Source: an uncultured Eubacteriales bacterium
GTDB lineage: Bacteria > Bacillota > Clostridia > Oscillospirales > UBA644
Reading direction: 5' to 3'
Assembly: GCA_900547165.1 (NCBI GenBank)
Contig: URFZ01000004.1
Coordinates: forward strand, 47,104-111,103
DNA length: 64,000 nucleotides
Part shown: piece after piece, positions 18,971 to 27,034 of the stretch
Layout of the letters: the number at the start of each line of letters is the position of its first letter
How positions within the stretch are numbered: the first letter of the stretch is position 1
The notes under the pieces: generated by a model
What the model saw: only the letters and a program-made list of their open reading frames with translations
Told to the model about the DNA's origin: nothing
Databases searched by the model: none
Translations under genes and position numbers: made by a program

Positions 18971-19849
18971 TTATTCAACGTTCTGTATCTGTTCGCGTAT
19001 CTTTTCGATACACGTTTTTATCTCAATAACGCGGGCGGTGACTTCAAGGTCGCCTATCTTGGACGATATAGTGTTCGCCTCGCGGTTCATCTCCTGTATG
19101 AAGAAGTCCATCTTCTTGCCGTTCGAAACGCCGTCCGCGAACATATCCGCAAGCGTTTTGCAATGGCTGTTCAGGCGCACGAGTTCTTCGTCAATCGCTA
19201 TCCTGTCCGCCATTATCGCAACCTCGGTCAAAAGGCGCTGTTCGTCAACCTTGACGTCGCCGAGCAGTTCCTCTATCCTCGCGCGGAGTTTTTTCTCATA
19301 TTCGCCTATCAACTGCGCGGAACGGCTTTCGATGAAATCGACGTTGGATTTAATCTCGGCGCACTTTGCCTGAATGTCTTTCGAAAGACGGCCGCCCTCG
19401 GCTTCGCGCTGGGCGATAAATGCGTCGGTCGCCGCTTCAAGCGCGGGCAGAACGGAAGCCCAAACGGCTTTTACGTCCTCGTCCTCTTTCTCTGCGGCAA
19501 TGACGTCGGGAAAACGGAGAGCAACCGCCGCGCCCGCATCGAACGGGAGCGAATACGTTTCCGAAACGTCTTTCAGCGCCGCGTAATATGCTTCGAAAAG
19601 CGGCTTGTTCACTTTGACGGACGAAACGGAAGCACCGTTGTCGGCGATGGATACGTTTACCTCGATTTTGCCGCGGACAATGCGCGTCTGCAAATACGAA
19701 CGTATCATGTCCTCTATCTGCATATATGCGCGGGGAATGCGCGCAAACATTTCAAAATATCGGTGGTTGACGCTTTTTATCTCAACGGTCACGTCGCGTC
19801 CGTCGGTCACGAGCCTTGCTTTGCCGTAACCGGTCATACTTTTTATCAT
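18971..19849 (-). CDS. yicC: YicC-family stress-induced protein
   Basis: 292 aa, MIKSMTGYG... N-terminus, ..EMNREANTI.. near the C-terminus. Confidence 0.85.
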   Translation of the reverse strand: MIKSMTGYGKARLVTDGRDVTVEIKSVNHRYFEMFARIPRAYMQIEDMIRSYLQTRIVRGKIEVNVSIADNGASVSSVKVNKPLFEAYYAALKDVSETYSLPFDAGAAVALRFPDVIAAEKEDEDVKAVWASVLPALEAATDAFIAQREAEGGRLSKDIQAKCAEIKSNVDFIESRSAQLIGEYEKKLRARIEELLGDVKVDEQRLLTEVAIMADRIAIDEELVRLNSHCKTLADMFADGVSNGKKMDFFIQEMNREANTISSKIGDLEVTARVIEIKTCIEKIREQIQNVE

Positions 19850-20106
19850 ATTTTCTTTCCTTTCGGGGACGTTTTCGGGCAGAGATCTCTCCGCCTGTTT
19901 TTGCTTTGCATACGCCCGTGCGCAGGCATAATATTTTATATTATATTATATCATATAAAGGCGCGTTGTCAAGGAGAAAGGCAAAAGATGTTATAAAAAT
20001 TTTCCATAGTATGCCTGAAACGGGCTTTTACGAACAAGGCAACCGAAAAACAGAAAAAAATCGAGGACGCTCGCGACGCGTAATTTCAAACTTTTTCCGA
20101 ACAATA

Positions 20107-20135
20107 TTGAATAATCGCCTATAATATGTTAATAT
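20107..20135 (+). promoter_or_regulatory. Candidate promoter for a long 5' leader of the EamA transporter gene
   Basis: TTGAAT (20107-20112), a 17-nt spacer, then an extended -10 TGtTAATAT (20127-20135). Confidence 0.4.
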
Positions 20136-20139
20136 ATTC

Positions 20140-20164
20140 ATTGAGCGCGTGCGCGCGAAATGTT
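20140..20164 (+). repeat. 25-nt GC-alternating box, copy 1 (ATTGAGCGCGTGCGCGCGAAATGTT)
   Basis: Repeated at 20278-20302 with 2 mismatches. Confidence 0.6.
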
Positions 20165-20277
20165 AAACTGATTCCTTTCTGTTATCCGGTGAGATCGTTC
20201 GCTTTTGCCGTGCCTTACGCAGCACGCGAAGCGTCAGAAGACTGTCTTCCGTCCATCGGTAATCTTTTCTGTTTTTG

Positions 20278-20302
20278 ATTGAGCGCGTGCGCGCGAAACA
20301 TT
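20278..20302 (+). repeat. 25-nt GC-alternating box, copy 2 (ATTGAGCGCGTGCGCGCGAAACATT)
   Basis: Direct repeat of 20140-20164 inside the same leader region. Confidence 0.6.
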
Positions 20303-20595
20303 TTGGAATCGTTAAAAATGCCGTGTTTTCCGTTTACGACAAGACAGGAAAACAACTGCGTTTTTATCTCCCGAAATAGGTACAGGCTCCGTTCAAAAGG
20401 GAGGAGAACTCTTTCTGCATTTTGCGAAGGTTGGGGCGGTCAATCGTATTTGTTCGGATCGAATATATTCAGACTACGGTTTAATATATTCGGTTCCGAC
20501 AAATCCCGCCGACGGGCAGGGTTCAAAAAGTCCCCTGCTCCCGCCTTACGGCGCGCGAAGCAACGACTTTTCTCCGGTTGAAAGACGGGTTAAAT

Positions 20596-21531
20596 ATGAA
20601 CAAAACTCTTGACAAAGCAAGACACACATTTTTGCCGCTTTTGGCGGCGCTTATATGGGGAACGGCGTTCGTCGCGCAGGAAACGGCGGCGAAGCACGCG
20701 CAGGCGTTCACGATAAACACGGTGCGCTCGCTGCTGTCGTTCCTTTTTTTGCTTGCCGTGATAGGCATTTACAGACTTGCGACAAGGGAAAAAAGGAAGA
20801 ACGAACAGCCGAAGACAGCCGACGAAAAGAAGCGGGAAAGAAAACTGCTCCTGCTGGGCGGGCTGCTCTGCGGAACGGCGCTTTTTGTGGCGCAGTCGTT
20901 CCAGCAACTCGGTTTTTCGCAGGGCGCGGATTCGGGCAAAGGCGCGTTCATAACGGCGCTTTACATGGTTCTTGTGCCGCTGTTCGGGCTGTTTTTCAAG
21001 CAAAAAATGCCCGCAAAAGTGTGGATAAGTCTCGGCATTGCAATGGCGGGTTTTTATCTGCTTTGCATTAAAAAAGATTTCACGCTCGAACTCTGCGACC
21101 TGCTCATATTCATAAGCGCGGTATGCTTTGCGGGACATATTCTGATAATCGACCGCTTCACGCACGATGTGAACGGCGTCAAACTTTCGTGTGCGCAATT
21201 TGCGGTCTGCACGGTGCTTTCCGGCGCGACCATGTTTATATTCGAAACACCGTCGTTCGGTGAGATAACGGCGGCTTGGCTGCCGCTTGTTTACCTCGGA
21301 ATTCTCTCGTCCGGTATAGGCTACACACTCCAAATAGTTTCGCAGAAAGGCGCGAATCCCGCGGTCGTTTCGCTGCTGCTGAGCCTTGAATCGGTGTTCG
21401 GCGTAATAACAAGCGCAATAATACTCAAAAAGAGTCTGACGGCGCGTGAATATGTGGGTTGCGCGCTCATTTTTGCGGCGGTGGTGCTGACGCAGTTGCC
21501 CGAATTTCGGAGGAGAAAAAAGAATGGATAA
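20596..21531 (+). CDS. DMT superfamily (EamA-like) transporter
   Basis: About 10 predicted TM helices in two EamA-like halves separated by a Lys/Arg/Glu-rich loop. The first ATG at 20596 is preferred to the TTG at 20578. Confidence 0.8.
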   Translation: MNKTLDKARHTFLPLLAALIWGTAFVAQETAAKHAQAFTINTVRSLLSFLFLLAVIGIYRLATREKRKNEQPKTADEKKRERKLLLLGGLLCGTALFVAQSFQQLGFSQGADSGKGAFITALYMVLVPLFGLFFKQKMPAKVWISLGIAMAGFYLLCIKKDFTLELCDLLIFISAVCFAGHILIIDRFTHDVNGVKLSCAQFAVCTVLSGATMFIFETPSFGEITAAWLPLVYLGILSSGIGYTLQIVSQKGANPAVVSLLLSLESVFGVITSAIILKKSLTAREYVGCALIFAAVVLTQLPEFRRRKKNG

Positions 21532-22123
21532 TTCGCTCGACAAAGAGTATTACGCCAAATACGGCGCGCTTGTGTGCGGCGTTGACGAAGTGGGCAGAGG
21601 ACCGCTGTGCGGACCTGTTGTGGCGGCGGCGGTGATATTGCCCGAGGATTTTGTGCCCGAGGGAATAAACGACTCGAAAAAACTTTCCGAAAAGAAGCGT
21701 GAAAAGCTGTATCCCGTCATTCTCGAAAACGCAGTCGCCGTAGGCATAGGCGAAGCGTCCCCTGCGGAGATAGACGAAATAAACATACTCAACGCCTCGT
21801 TTCTGGCGATGCGCAGAGCCATAGAAAATCTTTCCGTCAAGCCCGATTTTGCGCTTATCGACGGCAACAGGGCGCGCAATATACCCGTGCCGTGCGACAC
21901 CGTCGTGGGCGGCGACGCAAAAAGCGCTTCGATAGCGTCCGCTTCGGTCGTGGCAAAGGTCTACCGTGACAGACTGATGAAAAAACTTGCGGAGGAATAC
22001 CCGCAATACGCGCTTGAAAAGCACAAGGGCTACCCGACAAAAGAGCATTACGAACTGCTGAAAAAACACGGAATCGCGCCGATTTACAGACTGTCGTTTT
22101 TGAAAAATCTGGACGAGAAATAA
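21524..22123 (+). CDS. rnhB: Ribonuclease HII
   Basis: 199 aa with CGVDEVGRGPLCGPVVAAAV and DSKKLS motifs. Confidence 0.9.
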   Translation: MDNSLDKEYYAKYGALVCGVDEVGRGPLCGPVVAAAVILPEDFVPEGINDSKKLSEKKREKLYPVILENAVAVGIGEASPAEIDEINILNASFLAMRRAIENLSVKPDFALIDGNRARNIPVPCDTVVGGDAKSASIASASVVAKVYRDRLMKKLAEEYPQYALEKHKGYPTKEHYELLKKHGIAPIYRLSFLKNLDEK

Positions 22124-22253
22124 ATTTGAAATCTAAACATAACGAAAAAAATCAGGATTGGGAATCGGTGTTCCGACCGTAATAAGAAAAGATTAAAAAA
22201 CAGTTTGCTCGGCTTTTCGCTTGCGAAAAACGACGCAAACTCCGCGTAGCGGA

Positions 22254-22500
22254 AAGAAAAAGACGATGTCTGTTTAGGCTAATCAAATGTTTGCATAGCA
22301 AACACTTTACGCACTTTGCTGATATAACAGAAAAAACAATACCAATTACTTTTGAAACGATATATTTATGAATTCACCTTTATTTTCCCCGCGAAACCTC
22401 CCGAGACAATGTCGAGGGTGAGTTGAGCGGCGGCGAGCAAGCGGAGCGAAGACGGAGCGGCGAGACGACTTTGAACAAGGTCCGCACGCAGATAAAACCT
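22254..22500 (+). repeat. Dispersed noncoding repeat of about 245 bp, copy A
   Basis: Collinear blocks are shared with 48421-48665. The 55-nt core CGAGGGTGAGTTGAGCGGCGGCGAGCAAGCGGAGCG...GCGGCGAGACG (22413-22467) differs from 48578-48632 at 3 positions by hand alignment. The reading frames are not conserved between copies. Confidence 0.7.
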
Positions 22501-22654
22501 TACACCATAAGGGTTGAAAAAAAGTTTTCGTTTTGCTTTGATATCAGATAAGGTTTCCGACTTAATCAAAAAATTTCCGTATAACTATAAGAAATAACTT
22601 ACATAACTCACACATGCCACACACCACACCGACAGTAAAAGAGGAGAAAAATCA

Positions 22655-23167
22655 ATGTCCGCATTCTTTACAAAATACCCCTGGCTTTGGATAGTTCTTA
22701 TTTCAATGGTTCCCGTTGTCGAACTGCGCGGCGCAATTCCGACGGGCTTTTTCGGCTACGACCTGCCGATAGTTCAGGTCTGCATAATTTCGGCGATTGC
22801 AAACCTCATTCCCGTTCCGATAATCTACTTTTTTGCGAGAAAAGTGCTTGTCTGGGGCAAGGACAAAAAAGTTATAGGCAAATTCTTCACATTCTGCCTT
22901 GAAAAGGGCGAAAAGGGCGGCAAAAAACTTTCGGGCAAGACCGGTATCGGTCTTTTTATCGGGTTGGCTCTCTTTGTCGGCATTCCCCTGCCCGGCACGG
23001 GCGCATGGACGGGTACGCTCGTTGCGTCCCTGCTTGACATCAAATTCAAGCGCGCATTTCCCGCGATATGCTGCGGCGTTATATGTGCCGCCGTTGTTGT
23101 GGGCTTCATCTGCGCGGGCGGCTCGTCGGCGTTCAGCTGGCTCATACCGAACATAACAAAGGCGTAA
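22655..23167 (+). CDS. Small multidrug-export-like membrane protein (COG2426 / Sm_multidrug_ex family)
   Basis: 170 aa with the family-typical ..MVPVVELRGAIPTG.. and ..NLIPVPIIYFF.. segments. Strong RBS AGGAGAA. Confidence 0.7.
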   Translation: MSAFFTKYPWLWIVLISMVPVVELRGAIPTGFFGYDLPIVQVCIISAIANLIPVPIIYFFARKVLVWGKDKKVIGKFFTFCLEKGEKGGKKLSGKTGIGLFIGLALFVGIPLPGTGAWTGTLVASLLDIKFKRAFPAICCGVICAAVVVGFICAGGSSAFSWLIPNITKA

Positions 23168-23270
23168 CCATCGCAAAAAAGCCGCTGCATTTTTTGCGAT
23201 TAGCCATGTGCGGTTTGCGCAAATGCGCGAACTATCGCACGGCGTATTAAATTTCTCTTTGAGTTATAAC

Positions 23271-23354
23271 GAGAAAAATCAAAGTTTTCCGAACAAATCC
23301 CCGTCCGTAACAAGAAAAATCAAGGTTTTCCGAATAAAAAAATTTTGTTCGGAA
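23271..23354. repeat. Two direct repeats of about 27 bp (RAGAAAAATCAARGTTTTCCGAAYAAA) plus an inverted partial copy, upstream of chrA
   Basis: Copies at 23271-23297 and 23312-23338. TTTTGTTCGGAA (23343-23354) is the inverted partial copy. Confidence 0.5.
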
Positions 23355-23367
23355 GTCAAAATAACAG

Positions 23368-23967
23368 ATGTCAAACAATATGAAAAACAGCAAGATTAAA
23401 AACCTTTTGACGCTTTTTCTCACCTTTTTCAAGGTCGGGGCATTCACTTTCGGCGGCGGTTACGGCATGATTGCCCTTTTGGAAGCCGAATTGGTCGGCA
23501 AGAAAAGTTGGATTGACGAGGATGAATTCCTCGATATCGTTGCTATTGCCGAATCCACACCAGGCCCTATCGCCGTCAATGCGGCGACTTATATCGGCAG
23601 TAAAATCGCAGGGCTTGCGGGTTCGGCGGTCGCGACGTTGGCGATATGTATGCCGTCGTTTTTTATAATCTATGTCATTTCGCTGTTTTTGGACAGATTT
23701 CTCGGGCTTGAATACGTCCGCTACGCATTCGAGGGCATACGGGTCGGAGTGGTCTTTCTGATATTCTCGGCGGGGCTGAAAATGCTGAAAGAAATGAAGA
23801 AAAACGCATTCAACATTGCGGTGGCGGTCACGGTCGCTGTTGCTATGATTATGGTTTCGCTGTTCTCCGTTTCGTTCTCCTCGATTTTCTACATTCTGAT
23901 ATGCGGCGCGCTCGGAGTGGCGGTCTACCTTATCGGCAGATGTCGGGAAAGAGGGGGCAAAAAATGA
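23368..23967 (+). CDS. chrA: Chromate transporter family protein (short ChrA, first of pair)
   Basis: 199 aa with the F(T/S)FGGGYGMI signature. Confidence 0.8.
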   Translation: MSNNMKNSKIKNLLTLFLTFFKVGAFTFGGGYGMIALLEAELVGKKSWIDEDEFLDIVAIAESTPGPIAVNAATYIGSKIAGLAGSAVATLAICMPSFFIIYVISLFLDRFLGLEYVRYAFEGIRVGVVFLIFSAGLKMLKEMKKNAFNIAVAVTVAVAMIMVSLFSVSFSSIFYILICGALGVAVYLIGRCRERGGKK

Positions 23968-24536
23968 TATATCTTCAACTCTTTCTCAATTTTCTGATGA
24001 TAGGCACGGTCTCTTTCGGCGGAGGTTATGGTATGATCTCCCTGATACGCGAGACCGTTGTATCTAACGGCTGGCTTGCCGAAAGTGAATTTCTTAATAT
24101 GATAGCGGTTTCGGAATCGACACCAGGCCCTCTTGCGATAAACATGGCGACGTTCGTCGGCTCGACACAGGGCGGCTTTTTCGGCGCGCTTGCGGCGACA
24201 TTCGGGGTCGTGCTTCCGTCGTTCATCATCATTTCGCTTATTGCGCTTGCGATGAAGCGGCTGATGAAATACGGCGGAGTGCAGGCGTTTCTGAACGGCA
24301 TTCGCCCGTGCATAATCGCGATGATACTTGCAACGGCGCTTATTATGGCGCTTGAAACGCTTTTCGGCTTTTCCGCCGTCGGCTCGGGCTTTGCGCCGAA
24401 CATAAAGCGAATTGCGATGTTTGCCGTTATTGCCGCCGCTGCCGCAGGATACAAACTGCTGCGTAAAAAGCAGCTTTCCCCTATAATCCTGCTTCTGTTT
24501 TCGGCGGTGCTGGGCGTGCTGTTTTACGCGCTGTGA
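23964..24536 (+). CDS. chrA: Chromate transporter family protein (short ChrA, second of pair)
   Basis: MIYLQLFLNFLMIGTVSFGGGYGMISL... The ATG overlaps the upstream stop (ATGA), and the track start at 23901 is rejected. Confidence 0.8.
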   Translation: MIYLQLFLNFLMIGTVSFGGGYGMISLIRETVVSNGWLAESEFLNMIAVSESTPGPLAINMATFVGSTQGGFFGALAATFGVVLPSFIIISLIALAMKRLMKYGGVQAFLNGIRPCIIAMILATALIMALETLFGFSAVGSGFAPNIKRIAMFAVIAAAAAGYKLLRKKQLSPIILLLFSAVLGVLFYAL

Positions 24537-24566
24537 CGCTGCGGCGACACATTAAAACAAAATCAA

Positions 24567-24618
24567 AAAGCTTCACCCCGTACTCTTGTCCGATATGACA
24601 AAAGCACGGGGTGAATTG
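24567..24618 (+). terminator. Terminator-like hairpin after the chrA pair
   Basis: Stem TTCACCCCGT / ACGGGGTGAA with a long loop, then TTGTTCG. The weak T-tract lowers confidence. Confidence 0.35.
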
Positions 24619-24762
24619 TTCGTCTACGCGATATTTTCTGAAACATACGGCATAAAATCCGAAAAAGCAAATTGATTTGACGGGGAAAAATCGGCGCGGA
24701 CCGAATACGGTCGAACGCGTATTGCCGACACGGGCGGATTGCGCGCTTTGGGGACAGCGTTA

Positions 24763-26808
24763 TCAACCGAGTTTTTCGGAAATGACTATATCGGTCGGAG
24801 TGCCGAGAACGAAAGAGCCGTCAAGGGTGCGGACAAAGGGCGTGACGGTTATTTTTTGTGAGAATGCCGAAGACGGCACGGACGAAAGAACAAACGTGGC
24901 GAAATATTTCGACGCAAAGCAGATATCGGCGGGTCGGTATTCAAAAGAGGAGGCGCCGTCGGTCGCAAACAGCGAGGAATAGACGGTTTTTGTTTCGACA
25001 TCGACGATCTTGCCGCCGTATTCAACGCGGAAGCCGACGGAGGAATACATATCGCCGTCAACGGTGGTTATCAGGCGCAGAGAGGTTGAAGAGGAGGTCG
25101 GAACTGTGCCGACACGGAGTTGGCTTTTGACGGAAAAAACTGCGGCGGGAATGAATTTTGCATAGGCGCTGCCGTCGGTTTTAAGATAGGGTTCGGTGCA
25201 GTTTTCGTCGGAGAACCAGCCCGCGAAAACGCTGCCGTTAAACGTCGGGAGCGTATCGGTCGATTTATAATCGGAAACGGGAAGAAGTTTTGAAACGAAA
25301 GGTTCAGACGCTGTCCGAGGCTCGTAATACCATACTTCTTCCACTCCCGCGTCTGTCTGCGAAACGGTTTCCCTGCGCGCGGAAGCAAGCCCCGAAAGTG
25401 TTTGCGGCGGCGTTGGAAGGCTGCCGTTTTCGGGCAGCGGAATAAGCATTTCGCCGACATTCGAAATATTTTTTCCGTCGGTCGTCTTACAGGTCACCGT
25501 AAGCGTTTTTCGTTCAAAATCGCCGCTTTTGTCGGTAGCAAGCACCTCGCCCGTTTCCGCGTCCGTGACAAAGCCCTCGATGCGGTCTTTCCAATAAAGG
25601 GACGGCAGGTCGGCGGCGGAAATGACAAGAGACAGCGACTTTCTTGTGGGCGCATAGTCGTACCACGAGGAAAGCGCGGGGATTTCAAACGTTTGTGAGC
25701 GTTCGAGTTTTATCTCGTTTTCCTCGGATATTATGCGGAAAGTCAGTTTCAGCGTTCGCGGTTCGGACGAAAGGTTTTGAACGACGGTGCGGAATTCGAG
25801 GTCGTGTCCCTTTGCGCGGAGCAGGTTTTTGCTTGTTATGCGGTATTTTTCATAGGCTGAGCCTATCGCGTCCGTTGCGGAATGTTCTATTGTCACGTCG
25901 GGCGCGGCAACGTATATCTTTTCGGGTTTTTCGGTATACGCGGAATCATTCAGACGGCGAACCAGCTCGGCTTTGCAAACCTCGCAGAACCGATAATTTC
26001 CGATATCTTCCATAATGCAGGAGCGGGACGGGATATAGGTCGACGAGGCGTTGCCCTGCGTTATGCCGATGCCCCGGAAGCCGAGAAAATCGCGCCACGG
26101 AACGTCGCTTTGAGAGGCGGTGTTTGAGATGTTTACGGAGTTTTCCCTGAAACTTCCGTACTCGTCCGCAAGACGGCCTATCGCGTGACCTATCTCGTGC
26201 GTCATGGATTCTCCGTTTTCACCGTCCTCCGCAAGCGACGAATACGAAAAATAACCGCGCGGAGCCGCGGAGCCGAAATATTCTTCGGAATTGGAAAGGA
26301 TATGAACGGAGCAGGCACTGCCGCCTTTATCGAGATATTTTTCCTCTATGACGTCGCGCAGAGCGCGTAGCTTGTTCATACCGTCTTCCGAAATATACGT
26401 GGTCTTTCCGTAATGCGAGACGGAAAAATACGTGTTTTTCACCGTTCCGAAAGAAACGCTTACTCCGCTTTCCTCGGACGGCGGCGCGACGGCATAGATG
26501 TTGATTTTTGTCGCGTAGGACGCGAACGGCTCATAAGAAAGCATTCCGCGAACGCGGCGTGTCACGTCCGATATGAATTTATCTCTTTCCGCTGCGGTAT
26601 AGCCGTCACCGAAAAAGAGCATGACGCGGTTTTCGGCGTCGCTGCCGCATTTTTGAATGATATGAACGGGAAACGGGACGGCGTTTTCGTTGCCCGACGT
26701 TTCGGCTGCCGCCGTTTTCGGCAAAACAAAAGCAAAAAGCCCGATCATCATTGAAAACAAGATAAAAAACGCCGACGCGCGGCATTTGTTTCGCACCGTT
26801 TTTTTCAT
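24763..26808 (-). CDS. Secreted zinc metallopeptidase, M64 (IgA-peptidase)-like, with large C-terminal non-catalytic domains
   Basis: Start moved to the ATG at 26808 (MKKTVRNK..., signal peptide ending AAAE). HEIGHAIGRLADEY resembles the M64 HExxH..ADEY signature. Confidence 0.6.
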   Translation of the reverse strand: MKKTVRNKCRASAFFILFSMMIGLFAFVLPKTAAAETSGNENAVPFPVHIIQKCGSDAENRVMLFFGDGYTAAERDKFISDVTRRVRGMLSYEPFASYATKINIYAVAPPSEESGVSVSFGTVKNTYFSVSHYGKTTYISEDGMNKLRALRDVIEEKYLDKGGSACSVHILSNSEEYFGSAAPRGYFSYSSLAEDGENGESMTHEIGHAIGRLADEYGSFRENSVNISNTASQSDVPWRDFLGFRGIGITQGNASSTYIPSRSCIMEDIGNYRFCEVCKAELVRRLNDSAYTEKPEKIYVAAPDVTIEHSATDAIGSAYEKYRITSKNLLRAKGHDLEFRTVVQNLSSEPRTLKLTFRIISEENEIKLERSQTFEIPALSSWYDYAPTRKSLSLVISAADLPSLYWKDRIEGFVTDAETGEVLATDKSGDFERKTLTVTCKTTDGKNISNVGEMLIPLPENGSLPTPPQTLSGLASARRETVSQTDAGVEEVWYYEPRTASEPFVSKLLPVSDYKSTDTLPTFNGSVFAGWFSDENCTEPYLKTDGSAYAKFIPAAVFSVKSQLRVGTVPTSSSTSLRLITTVDGDMYSSVGFRVEYGGKIVDVETKTVYSSLFATDGASSFEYRPADICFASKYFATFVLSSVPSSAFSQKITVTPFVRTLDGSFVLGTPTDIVISEKLG

Positions 26809-27034
26809 ATTCTTTCTCCGTATTGAATTTATAATTATGCTTATAAGATAACACCGAACGCGCGGTTTGTCAACGGTTTTTGCGTGACAGCCGCGAAGTT
26901 TTGCGTGTTTGTTCGCGGCTCGACCGAAAAAGAGGACGTCGGGACGGGGCAAAAAGAAAAAAGAGACCTCGCGATCTCTTTTTTTTCGGTATTATGCGCC
27001 CGTATCGGGCAAAAATATCCCGAAACGGGGCTGT

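Noticed and set aside
18773-19996. 407-aa plus-strand ORF
   Set aside because: It is antisense to remA and yicC, which have clear family signatures. There is no RBS and no recognisable domain.
20140-20595. Known housekeeping RNA (RNase P, SRP/4.5S, 6S, tmRNA) in the long leader
   Set aside because: I could not find the conserved cores I remember, GAGGAAAGUCCGGGC for RNase P, GGUCCGGAAGGAAGCAGC for SRP, or the tmRNA termini. It is left as an unclassified leader.
23368-24536. Split chromate transporter as a frameshifted pseudogene
   Set aside because: Each half has its own FGGGYGMI signature and the genes are ATGA-coupled. Paired short ChrA genes are a normal arrangement in Firmicutes.
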